Shown here: positions 24,401 through 34,630 of the stretch, in pieces
How the letters are laid out: every line of letters starts with the position of its first letter
How positions within the stretch are numbered: the first letter of the stretch is position 1
Origin: Rozella allomycis CSF55
Taxonomy: Eukaryota
Direction of reading: 5' to 3'
Length of the DNA stretch: 34,630 nucleotides
NCBI GenBank assembly: GCA_000442015.1
Contig: KE560887.1
Coordinates: 1 to 34,630, forward strand
The notes under the pieces: generated by a model
Told to the model about the DNA's origin: nothing
The model's database searches: none
The model's input: the letters and a program-made list of their open reading frames with translations, nothing else
Translations under genes and position numbers: made by a program

Positions 24401-24964
24401 ATCCCATCCCCTGTAACGTCTGATAAACCTGCCAATCCAAAGCCAATAATTGGAATCGGAATTTCTGTGCTTCCAAACTCTGATAAACCTTTATTAAGAA
24501 CAAATTCTCAAAGTCAGGGAACTGCAATATTAAAGGACGCCCTTTCATGGATTCAGAAATACAGCGATCCGCAAATAGAAAATTTAGAAGATGGAATTAA
24601 AGATGGAATCTCATTAATAAAAGCACTGGAAGTAATTACTATTTTTTAATATTTTGCAGAAAGCGTCTGGAGAATCAATCAACTCGAAATACCATCAAAA
24701 AGCTTCTCTGCCTTTTCACAGGATAGATAATTTAAACATTGCCATTCAATTCATGTCTAGANATCAAAAAGCGTCTCTGCCTTTTCACAGGATAGACAAC
24801 CTTAATATTGCCATTCAATTCATGTCTAGACTTGGATTAAAAGTCAATGTTACAGCTGAAGGTAACCACACTCTATTCTGTTGATAGAAATTCATGACAA
24901 GGACAAGAAGAAACTAATTTTACTTTTCGATACCATTCTAGCAAAATATCCAATAAATAGATAA
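21437..24964 (+). CDS. CARMIL-like protein: N-terminal domain, LRRs, CPI-like motif, Pro-rich region, C-terminal calponin-homology domain
   Basis: RI-type LRRs (LNLSNNEIG, LNLSNT, LSLAG, LVLDENKF), LPALTKSRPQIKGKRLPSR, and ALSWI...IENL..GIKDGISLIKALE...FHRIDNLNIAIQF (CH). Many tiny introns; Ns at 23850 and 24762. Confidence 0.7.
24694..24830. other. Duplicated 68 nt segment flanking an assembly N (probable haplotype overlap)
   Basis: Two copies separated by N at 24762, differing only at synonymous positions. Confidence 0.75.
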
Positions 24965-24979
24965 AATTAATTTCAAAAT

Positions 24980-26360
24980 TTATTCATCATCAACATGGCC
25001 ATGGTATTCAGAAATATCATCGTAATCAAAGTCCATAATTGATTCCATCCCATGAATCTTTACTGCAGCATTTGACAACTTTTTATTCTTTGCCAATAAT
25101 CTCCCTACATTCCCTTTCAATTTACCCCTGACAATGTAGACTAGGCCACCAACTTCTGGAATGATCGTTTCTAAATGTCTCTGTTTAACATCTAAAAAAC
25201 ATTGCAACAATATTAAATTACCATGACAAGTTTTTCCATTATCCAATTTTATTATGCAAACTTGAGGTGCAGTCACATCCTGGATGATTCCCTTTAGATT
25301 AAAATACTTTCCATTCTCAAACGATCGACTAACAATTCTAACTTTAAGAAACGGAACTATCCAATTATCGTCTAAATCTCTCCTCTGATTAGACTTTGAA
25401 ATCTCCACAGTCTTGCCATCATACAGTTTTAGCTTTTCAAATTTCAATCTGACATCCTTTCATTATTAAACTTTATATTTACTTCTTGATTATTTTCCAA
25501 AGTAACAAGAACGCTATCAACATAAATCTGTGACACAATTCCATGAAGCCCTTCATGCACCCCTTCAATGACAGTCACCCTAGCTCCAACCTTTTGTAAT
25601 GTCGGTTTCTCAACAAGCTTTTCATGAATGCTCTTGTAGTATTTCTTGCTATCACCAGGCAAAACATATTCCTTCTTTTCTCTTGATTCTCCTGGTTTAA
25701 TGTACTTTTTCTGTGGAACAGGAACAGCGATCGCGTCAGGATTCGCTCCAAGACCCAAAAACTTATGCGGACGCTGTATAAACTCTATTGGCTCAACAAG
25801 ACTAAATAACGGTAATTCATTACAATTACCCGCGCTCTGGATTTCTTCCAATAGCCTTGCCCTTGTCCCAGCCCATTCCTCTCAGTAAAGCTGCACCAAA
25901 TTCTTCAATTGGAACATTCTCGTAATCTGTATGCCTCTATGTTTTACGAATACAGAATATACCTCATCTGGTCTCAAAGACACGTCGTGTTTAAACTTTT
26001 CATCTTCATTCCATTCGTCTTTTAGTCCAGGAACTTTATTCTTCATCAATAACGGTACATCTTCATCAACTCTTTCTCTTTTTCTCTCTATCAGTCCAAA
26101 CCTCTCATCCTTCTTTTCTTCAGTCTCTGTTACTTGCTCAAATAACTGCTCAAGCTTGAAAGTTTCGTGTTCTTCAAATTTCCATTCATTTTTCGATATA
26201 AAAGGAATCGCTTTAACTGGTGTTGAAGGCCTACAATGCTAATAGAAAAATTTTACTTTAGAGACGATATATCTTTATGCTCTGTTTCTTCTTCTGTAAA
26301 TAAAGAATGTTTTTCAATCTTTTTTGAATCTTTTTGATTGAATTTTATGGTTGTATTCAT
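24980..26360 (-). CDS. GPKOW: G-patch and KOW spliceosomal protein (Spp2/GPKOW)
   Basis: DYENVPIEEFGAALLRGMGW, RPxxLGLGA, KOW motifs (GVHEGLHG, GKLKGNVG), WIVPFLKVRIV, LETIIP. Confidence 0.93.
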
Positions 26361-26465
26361 TTGGTAAATTTCAAGAAGTGAAGTGTATTTTTAGATGTGT
26401 TTGCTATTTCAAGATGATCATCATTTATCGTGATCACTACTCCTTACTACTCCTAGTTTCATAAA

Positions 26466-27479
26466 ATGAAAAAGTTTAGTTCGTACGCTCTTATTGCTTT
26501 TGCTCTTGGCATTGATGCGAAAAGTGGCATGATCCCGAAAAGCAACCCAGTAGTTGGAAATCAAATTAATTACGGCCGAGTTAACACTATGAGAACATCT
26601 CAAGTACAGCCTAATGGTTTAGTTATTCCTAAGAGAACCACTTCACTTCCTGTTCCCAAAAGAACTAGTTCATTGAATGACCGCACTAAACCTATACCTT
26701 CGAAAAACCAAAATGAAAACACCCAACCGTTGAAATTTCCCACGAGAACTACCAGTCTGAAGAATGGAAAGGTGGCCGCTCCATTAAGACCCGAAGCCCC
26801 TAATCCCGCAAATGGCTTTCAACAAAGAATGAAAATTGGAGATCGAGATGTCTTCTTTGACAACGTTAAAGTCGGAGAAGGTCATGACGGCGCGGTATAT
26901 TTTGGCAAAATTAAGGGACCCAATGGGTGGACAGATGTTGCCATTAAGAAATACCATGGCAGTGTTCCTGCAAAATTGATTCAAAAAGAAGCGTATCTTA
27001 ATCAAAAAATGGGAAATTTGGAATACGTGAGTGCGAATGAGAAGATTATGGTAATGAAAAAGTTGGGAGACCAATCTCTCAAAGAATACATGCTAAAGGA
27101 GCTTAATAAACCTGGAAGCCATCCATTAGATGTTTATGAGGAAATTTACCCGAAAGCGTATAAAGCTATAGCAGAGTTTCAAAGGAAAACTGGATATCTT
27201 CATACTGATCCCAATTTGAGTAATATTGTGGTAGGCAAGGATGGAAACTTTCATTTGATTGATTATGTGGCTGCTAATCCTTTGCGTGGAAAAAGTAATG
27301 CTTCATTTAGAGAATTCGACACACGATTATACCAATTTGCGGAAAATGCAAATGAAGGGCGAGGATCGGAAACTCATTCAAACTATGCGCATAGGACGTT
27401 GTTTACTCGTTTGAATGAAATACGAAAGTCGGCCTACCCAGCGAAGGAAAACCCTTGGAAATTTAACTTTTTCAATTAA
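26466..27479 (+). CDS. Secreted protein-kinase-like protein
   Basis: Intronless 337 aa. Signal-peptide-like MKKFSSYALIAFALGIDA; VGEGHDGAVY, VAIKK, KEA, LHTDPNLSNIV, LIDY. Confidence 0.8.
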   Translation: MKKFSSYALIAFALGIDAKSGMIPKSNPVVGNQINYGRVNTMRTSQVQPNGLVIPKRTTSLPVPKRTSSLNDRTKPIPSKNQNENTQPLKFPTRTTSLKNGKVAAPLRPEAPNPANGFQQRMKIGDRDVFFDNVKVGEGHDGAVYFGKIKGPNGWTDVAIKKYHGSVPAKLIQKEAYLNQKMGNLEYVSANEKIMVMKKLGDQSLKEYMLKELNKPGSHPLDVYEEIYPKAYKAIAEFQRKTGYLHTDPNLSNIVVGKDGNFHLIDYVAANPLRGKSNASFREFDTRLYQFAENANEGRGSETHSNYAHRTLFTRLNEIRKSAYPAKENPWKFNFFN

Positions 27480-27584
27480 AGTCTTTAAAAAAACTTTAAT
27501 AAATTAATCATTTAATTTTTTATAGATTTTAATTCTTAAAGACATTAAATTTTAATTCCTTCTTTATTTCTTTTATTTATGATT

Positions 27585-30172
27585 TTAGCGCCTTGCTTTG
27601 ATGTTGTCCAATGAGGCCCTTTGATATGAAAGAAAACTGGGCGTTCCAACCCTTGAAGTTTTTTGGAATTGCAAACCTAAATTTTGCCACGCTGAGAGAA
27701 TAAAACGATGCTCCCTATCAAAACTGAATCTCATGTCGTTGTGATCTTTCTTTAACGTTTCGAGTTGTTTTGTTTTAATTTCCAATTCATTTTTCATTGA
27801 ATTTATTGCCTCTGGATATAAACTAGCATCATCGAAGCTGCGTTTAGCCTATTAAAATTGTATTTATTTAATTACATTTAATTCTTCTTTTAATTGAGAA
27901 ATTTTAATGTCAGCTTTTTGTCGTTCTGCTGCCGCTTCTTGCATAATCTTTTGGCAATAAGAAGCGGCTTCTTGCTGTACTTTCTCAATTAGGGCGGATG
28001 CTTCCGTTTTTGTCTTTTCAATTTCTAATTCTTTCAATTTTATTTCTTCAAATTTACTTTGATTTAAATTTATTGTTTATTACTCTTTTTGTCTAGCCAA
28101 TTCTTCAATTTGTTCTTTTGCTTTCAATAATTCATTTTGCGAAATTTCGTAATTCAAAATCAACTTTTCAGTTTTTTCTTTTTCTAATTTCAAGTTGTTT
28201 AAAAGTTCAACATTTGCCTTTTCCATCGATTCAAATTCAAGTTTTAATTTATTCAATTCTCTTTGATTTAATTCAGCAAGAAAATCAGAATCTTTATTGT
28301 TGCACAATTCCAGTGTTTTTATTTGTTCAGCGAGGTTTTCAGTTTTCGCTTCGTATTCAACAATTTTCTTTTTCAAAATAACGTTTTCTTCTTCAATGAA
28401 GTTTACTTTGGATTTCAACGTTTGAATAATGCCAACGTTGTCTCCACCTTGTTTTAATTGGGATTCAAGTCTTGCAACAATTTTGCATGTTTCAAAATAA
28501 TCATTTTCAATCTTTTTTCGCTTTTCTTGTTCCTCTTCAAGTAATTGATTTATTGCTGAATTTTCTTGCCCCGCAGATACCCTGGCTTGAAGCGATGCAT
28601 TTTCATTTGTCAAAATTTCAATTTTCTTGCGTCTTTATTAAGCAATTCAAAAATAAATTACAATTCATTTTCAATTTGAGAGTTTATTTCAAGTCCTAAA
28701 TTGTTTTGAGCCAATTCAATATCGTTCGTTTGAAACTCTTCCAATTTCATTTCTAAAATTCTCACTTGACTTTCAGCAGAAATTTTCTCTTCTTCTAATT
28801 TTTGGATCATTCCAGTTAATCTCTCCACTTCAACTTCCATTTCTGCATGTTTCTTAATTGAATCAGAATTGTAAATTTCAGATTTGTTGAAATCTTCCCT
28901 TAAATTTGAATCTCTCGATTTCTGCTGCAGCTTCAAATACGCTTCTTCTAATTGATTATTCTTTAATAAAAGTTCTGCATTTTGGTCTTCAAGGAGCTTT
29001 AATATTTTCCACGTTCATTTTTACCTTCAGTTGCCTCATCACATCTCCAGTCTCTTCTAATTTCTTTTTATATTTTTCCAACGCCGCTTCAGATCTTTTT
29101 AAATTCTCATTGGTGTGCTTCAATGAGTCGATTTGGTCCTTGAATGAAATCGCTTCCTTCTCAATCAAACTCAACTCTTCAACCTTTAAATTTCATTCAT
29201 CAAGAATTACTCTTCTTTTCAATTCATTGGTTATGGCATTCTGAGCTTGCAACATTTGTTCATTTTCTGTCCTTCGTGATTCACTTCTCTCCCATTTATT
29301 ACAAATCATTCATAGCTTACAATTCATGTCTCAAATGTTCAATTTCAGACTTGTAAATTATCTCTGCCCTCTCATTTTGGGTCTTGGATACTAGCGAAAA
29401 TTCTAAATCAGCTAATCTAGCTTGGATTTCTTCTTTTTCTCTTGCTAATGTTTCCTTTAAATTAACAGATTTATTTGTACTTTATTTTGTTTCATTTTAT
29501 TAAATTCATCCAATAATGATCGATACGCCACTTCAATTTCCTGCTTTTCCTTTTCTAAACTTTCAAAATCTCTATTTCCTAAAGGATCATTTAGTTTATT
29601 TGAACTATTTTGCAACTCAATTCAATTTACTTTTCATTCAGTGAAACCAAATTTGACAAAACCTATTTTAAATCTCAAATTTCATTACTCCCTGAATAGC
29701 CATCATCAAAACTTGTTGTGTATCTTCACTCAGCTGCTGTATTTGCAAAATTGTTTCTTGTCCCCGGCTGCCTTGTATCGCTATTCCAATCACTAGCGAC
29801 AAAAACTTGATAAGCTCAACAACGTCCTCCTCTTTCGCTATCAACGTTAAATCTGGTTGCTGCACATTTTCTAGAGACATACAAAGCTGGTCTGTATAAT
29901 ATAAATTCACCAGTTTATGTATTCTTTTCAAATTGTTCAATCGCAACGCCCAGTTGTTTTCTTCCTTTACTCCAGTATTTTTAAAAAATGTAGGTTCTCT
30001 GTATTTGGCAACTTGTAAACATTTACATTTGGTATAACATCATCGAGATCACTACACCGTCAGAAAGCTCCCTGACGCTGTTACATTTTACATCTACCAT
30101 TGAATTAACCTTGTCTTACTAAAGTTACTCTATTACCCATTGCAAAAACGCTTTTTCAAATGTCTCTGACAT
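27585..30172 (-). CDS. HOOK: Hook-family dynein adaptor (Hok1/HookA)
   Basis: N-terminal Hook domain (FLQWVNS, ELSDGV, NWALRLNNLKRI, PDLTLIA, IQQLSEDTQ..LM.AI), long coiled coil, C-terminal REHRFILSAWQNLG and PSFLSYQR. Confidence 0.92.
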
Positions 30173-30281
30173 TTAGGAAAATCCAAAAACAATATAGGAT
30201 TGATTTTCTATTTTTGTCTAAAAACAACTATAATTAGGTTTCTTTTGTTTGTTTCAAAAAACCCCTTTGTTTGGGTATTCT

Positions 30282-30875
30282 ATGAAAGTCGTGCTGCTTT
30301 TTGTTTTGTTGTACAGCTTTGCTGTTGCAAACTCGTTGAATTCCACAGAAGAAATATCTTCGACAGAAATCCCTTCTACTTCAACAACGAATATAGATGA
30401 ACCTGAAACCACATCTGTACAAGGCAAAAGAGGCAAACGTGGTAGAAATGAGAATAGCACGATTTCTAAACCTGCTAACGTATCTACTCCAACTTGGAAT
30501 ACAGAAATCACATCAACTCAACCTGTAGAAACAGAAACAACGGTATCTCAAGAAAATAGTCATTTCACCAGTTCTACCGTAGAAGAGAATGAGCCAACAG
30601 GAACGCATGTTGAAAATATCACTACAACGGCTACTTCAAGTAGCCAACATTCAACAACTCGGACAATCAACAGTTCTTCATCCTCATCTTCAAATCCTAC
30701 AAATCCCGTTTCAGTGTCATCCAATACTTCAAACGCCAAAGTGAATGTTTCAGGTGACTCTGGAAATAAGGTAGATACTCAAAACAATGATGGATTGAAA
30801 AAATATATGGATTCGTCAGCTGAAAAAGTCTTGTCATCATTGGTATACTTTATATCATTAATTTTAATAATATAA
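30282..30875 (+). CDS. Secreted Ser/Thr-rich, probably GPI-anchored surface protein
   Basis: Signal peptide MKVVLLFVLLYSFAVA, S/T/N-rich body, DSSA followed by hydrophobic tail VLSSLVYFISLILII; intronless. Confidence 0.8.
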   Translation: MKVVLLFVLLYSFAVANSLNSTEEISSTEIPSTSTTNIDEPETTSVQGKRGKRGRNENSTISKPANVSTPTWNTEITSTQPVETETTVSQENSHFTSSTVEENEPTGTHVENITTTATSSSQHSTTRTINSSSSSSSNPTNPVSVSSNTSNAKVNVSGDSGNKVDTQNNDGLKKYMDSSAEKVLSSLVYFISLILII

Positions 30876-30893
30876 ATAATAAACACAATTTAA

Positions 30894-31328
30894 ATGCAGA
30901 ATTTTATTCAAGATGGATTGCTTTCCACCCAGCATGTGAGAAACGCTGCAATTATCAAGAGATCCGATGGATTACCAAAAGCAAAATCAGCGGGATTTGA
31001 TGTAAAATTGTCGCATAATGATTCCGTAGATCGACTTGACTGACTTTGATGTTGTAGAGTACGCTTTCGAACATCCTAAAGATATTCAAGATACTGGAAT
31101 AAGGATAAATGATGTTGTTTACACACCTGTGCGCTTGGACAGTTTCTCAATATACGCTAAAAGTGTTGTAATTATGTCAATTTTAAGCCATAGGATAAAG
31201 GGGGTGCAATAATTGCACGAACTGATAATTATTATATTGTCAGTCTGTACGATAATGGAATGGCTCCAGGAATCGCAGTTGAAGCGACCGAAAAAATGGC
31301 AGAGTATTTTAGAGTAAAGGGAAAATAA
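30894..31328 (+). CDS. PFN4: Profilin-4-like protein (absent from the ORF track)
   Basis: Removing introns 31002-31029 and 31168-31193 gives MQNFIQDGLLSTQHVRNAAIIKR...VRLDSFSIYAK...YDNGMAPGIAVEATEKMAEYFRVKGK, collinear with recalled animal PFN4. Confidence 0.85.
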
Positions 31329-31360
31329 ATTGATTGCAAATTTATTGAGCGCCATTTATG

Positions 31361-32284
31361 TTAATAAGTTGGCACAGTTGAAAGGCTGGACAAAGTTGTT
31401 GCTCCTTCATAGCTTGTCATTTGAGGGCTTTGCACATTTGAAGTTGTTTGTGTTTGTCCGTATGTTTGAGTATTCATTAAACCTATGCTTACTGTGATAT
31501 AATGATAGTTACTTTCACTTGTTGTGAGGCTTGTCACTACAGGAATAGATGTTGATACGGTCATGGTTAAAGTGGATACATAAGTATTGTATAGTGTTGA
31601 ATCAGTTGCAATAGGAGATGGAACAATCGACATTTGCGTAGTTGAAGTGGTGTAAGAGGTTTCTACTGTTACAGTTGTCACGATTATTTTCTTCTTATGC
31701 AATGGAGTTGGGCTTGGGCATATTGTGACAGTCTTTGGAGGAATAGGAACTCCTGGGCATATCATGGATTTTGGCAAAGTAGTTGTTTGCGGAATAACGC
31801 TTTTCGTTACTGTTACAGTTTCAATACTTTTCTCCATAGTCTTTGTCGTTGGAATACAAGTAGTTTCAACATACATGGTTGGCGTAAACTGATGTAGCCT
31901 TAGCATAGGATCGCTAGAGGGATAGTAAGGATTTTGAGTCAGAGTCATTGACATAGATGCTGTAGAAGGAGGAATGCTAGATGAATTCACGCAAATTCCT
32001 CTCATATAACCTTCCGGGCTTATCATTTGTTGACAAAAAGAACCTACAGCACATTGCTCTATATAGTCATCTGGGCAATACACTATAGCTGAAGGAGTAC
32101 AATCAATGGTATCGTTCACAGCCCGGTAACAGTACGATCCTGGGTTTGAATTGCGGCAAACTGAGTTTATCTTTTCGATTTCCTGGGGATTAGAACTAAA
32201 GAACTTTGTTGAATTCGTTTCAAGATTGGTATATTGCGCTTTTGCGATTGTAAACAGGAAGACAGCTAGGTACTTTTGCAACAT
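31361..32284 (-). CDS. Secreted protein with Cys-rich N-terminal module and Thr/Ser/Pro-rich mucin-like stalk
   Basis: Signal peptide MLQKYLAVFLFTIAKA, seven Cys within about 60 aa, then TVTV-rich low-complexity sequence; intronless. Confidence 0.75.
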   Translation of the reverse strand: MLQKYLAVFLFTIAKAQYTNLETNSTKFFSSNPQEIEKINSVCRNSNPGSYCYRAVNDTIDCTPSAIVYCPDDYIEQCAVGSFCQQMISPEGYMRGICVNSSSIPPSTASMSMTLTQNPYYPSSDPMLRLHQFTPTMYVETTCIPTTKTMEKSIETVTVTKSVIPQTTTLPKSMICPGVPIPPKTVTICPSPTPLHKKKIIVTTVTVETSYTTSTTQMSIVPSPIATDSTLYNTYVSTLTMTVSTSIPVVTSLTTSESNYHYITVSIGLMNTQTYGQTQTTSNVQSPQMTSYEGATTLSSLSTVPTY

Positions 32285-32404
32285 TTGAAGGATACTCAGA
32301 TATATTTTACGCCCGCTTATATAGACGAAGATGATATTTAGATGATCATGACGAAAGTTTGATAAATTTGATTGAACATCAGTCGATTGTCATCATATTT
32401 ATTG

Positions 32405-34218
32405 TTACATAACGTAGTCTTCATTTTCCGCATTTTCATCGTCATCCTGAGGCTCTCCTTCAAAAGGATCAGTTTTAGGTTCCTCTGTGAACTCTTCTTC
32501 TGGTTCTTCTTCCGGCTTTTCTTCGGGTATGTATTCTTTCAAATCATTTGGGTCTCCTGGTTCCACTACAATTCTCTCATCATCAGGGCCTATTTGATCA
32601 ATAAAATTGACCCTTTACCTAATACTTCGTCTAAATATTTTTCAGAAGCCTTCTTAAAGTTGAATGAAGCGCTCATGGAATTAGACTTTAGATAAGACAA
32701 AAAAATTAAGTTTAGCTTTATTAAAACCTATTATCTTTCTCTCCCATTGCTATCTTTCCTGCTCTGAAGTAATTTTCAGCAATCTTAAATTGAATATTTG
32801 GTAATTCAGACCAATCATCAGATTCTTGGGCGAATCGCCAACAAAGGTACACAGCTTTCTTTTCGTTATTTAAAAATGTCGATGATTTGATGGCGTAGTG
32901 ATAAAGTAAAAATCTTTCTCAAAATCTAAGTGTCTTAGTACCTTTCGTGGCACACACAAGGTGGCGATAAGTTCAATCCCTTCTCTGCGAAGAGTAATGA
33001 GGCAGTGAAATTTCTAATCTTATAGAAAATTGCTGCCAGATATCCAAAAATTAATGCTTTTAGTTCTCTATAATGAATAGGGAGCTTCCAAGTCGACAAA
33101 ATGTCCCTCTGGTTTAAAATCTTAAGAAATGATAGTTCGTCTTCATTTAATTCGAGTTTGGATCGTTGACTTTTCATATCGATTTCCATTGCACTAATAG
33201 AACGAAGAAAATAGCGCAAAGCAAAATTTAAACCGGGGAGTTCCCTCGTATTACCATCTTCTCTCTTTTCCTGTTACAAATGAATTATTTATATTACAAA
33301 AGAATAACGAATAATACATTCTGCGACATGAAAATAAAATTGAGCGTGATTGACGAGATGATGCTTAGAGAACTTGCAAGATAAATGCGAGAAAACGCGA
33401 AATGATTCCACGGCGTTCCCGCTGTTTAACAGAGCTATAGCGTAATAATAAAGGTTAATAGGCTCTGTATTTGGAATTCTCGGATCTTGTTAAAATTTTT
33501 AAACCCTTTTACCCAATGGATAAATCTGATCTTTAATCAACGAATTCATGCTCAAGGCCTTTTTGAAAAACAAAATCGATGTTTTAAAGTTGCCTTGGTA
33601 CATATAACATAATGCCATATTATGCGACCACTTTAGAAAAGGCATAGCATGATTCTGACAGTTATAGACCCTCTTAATTATTGGCTCGATTTTTAAGAGA
33701 CTTTCAATAACAACTTGGTACTTTTCTTTTTCAAATGCCAATGACAATCTTGTGTAAGCCAAATGAAGTTCAAGTCGTTCTCTTTCCTTAAACCCCACTT
33801 TCGTCATTGAATCCAAAGAGCCAGACCACCTCTTGTCGTCTCCTGGTCCAGTTTTTGTTAACGTTAGCGATGTTTTTGTTTCAAGTGTCAAAGCCAGAAA
33901 AAGCACAACTTTGGGATCTAGCCATTTCCCATGCTGCTCCACTCTAGTGACAAGCAGCCAAGCTTCTTCTACCATTTCAAGTTTTGTAAAAACATCAGTT
34001 AACATTGACAAAAATGCCCATTTAAACATTTGCGTTGTTGGTGATGCGGCGATGCATTGTTCCATATCGTTAGCATCATTGCATTTTAAGGTTTCTTTCA
34101 AAATTTCAATTATCGAATGATATTCCTTTTGATGATATAGAATGCAATTATCCTTGAATAGGGATATCCATTGAGCATGTTCAAGATTAACTACTATGTT
34201 TGCTGATGCAGTCAACAT
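32405..34218 (-). CDS. CNOT10: CNOT10-like TPR protein (CCR4-NOT subunit 10); 5' end unresolved
   Basis: ILYHQKEY..I, HNMALCY..G......FFKKAL..N, YYYAIALL.SG..VE.F, LNFALRYF, ELKALIFGYLAAI..K.RNF..SL..AEK resemble the order of CNOT10 blocks; acidic tail. Confidence 0.6.
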
Positions 34219-34421
34219 TCAGATAACAACAAAATTTAAGAAATCCAATATTTAAATTACAAACTAAGAAAAATGCTTATAAATTAAACACATACCGTTC
34301 ACGATAAATCAACTTCAAGACATATTTCTAAAGGACTGATAAAAATTTTCATTTTTTTAGCATTACAAGTAATTAATATACCCTGGACAATATTCTGTTA
34401 ATAAAATTCGATATTAAGCCG

Positions 34422-34630
34422 ATGATAAAAAGGCTAGTAAGAAAATTGGGTTCTGTAGTAAATAGTAGTGAAAAAGATATATTTGACGCTATAGCAATGT
34501 TGAGGGTAGAACTAAAGGAAATAGAGACACGAGAAATACTAGTACAGAAACGGGAAAGAATCGAAAATTTTGGCTTGAAAAATAATCTTACGGGAATACT
34601 ATCGCGATACCGCAATATATTCCATCTTCT
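34422..34630 (+). CDS. Possible 5' end of the next gene (partial)
   Basis: Open frame from ATG 34422 to the window end: MIKRLVRKLGSVVNSSEKDIFDAIAMLRVELKEIE..., with ACCCTGG at 34380-34386 upstream. Confidence 0.4.
   Translation, partial: MIKRLVRKLGSVVNSSEKDIFDAIAMLRVELKEIETREILVQKRERIENFGLKNNLTGILSRYRNIFHL

Noticed and set aside
31119..31355. Minus-strand 78 aa ORF
   Set aside because: Antisense shadow of the spliced profilin-4-like gene.
32295..32400. Box C/D-like motifs (ATGATGA...CTGA) on the minus strand after the CNOT10-like stop
   Set aside because: Only 7 nt separate the C box and first CTGA, and no rRNA-complementary guide was recognised.
32372..32695. Hydrophobic antisense ORFs (also 17287-17625, 20223-20600, 25931-26242, 28118-28381)
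   Set aside because: Reverse-strand shadows of Lys/Glu-rich coding exons.

Overview
AT-rich, very gene-dense eukaryotic DNA. Almost every gene is split by tiny (about 25-30 nt) GT-AG introns, which is why the ORF track is fragmented. Hand-splicing recovers about 23 protein genes: NPHP1, ARMT1/DUF89, VPS45, ubiquitin-RPS31, proteasome alpha4, FANCL, SCD6/LSM14, PMT2, an orphan 7TM protein, a 6TM Kv channel, KRR1, SFT2, ARL2BP, a Dnt1/Net1-like protein, a CARMIL-like protein with a CH domain, GPKOW/Spp2, a secreted kinase-like protein, HOOK, a GPI-type S/T-rich protein, a profilin-4-like gene missed by the ORF track, a secreted Cys+Thr-rich protein, CNOT10-like, and partial or small ORFs. Two box C/D snoRNAs (snR41- and snR70-like) lie in an apparently non-coding spliced host next to KRR1. 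Ciliary genes, fungal-type Pmt2 and tiny introns suggest a flagellated early-diverging fungus or fungal relative such as Rozellomycota (inference, not confirmed). The most notable observations are the snoRNA pair, a secreted intronless kinase with PxRT[T/S]SL repeats (candidate effector), a recurrent ACCCTGG motif just upstream of start codons, head-to-head genes 23-42 nt apart, and an unexplained structured spacer behind RPS31. Family calls are from recalled sequence motifs; no searches were run.
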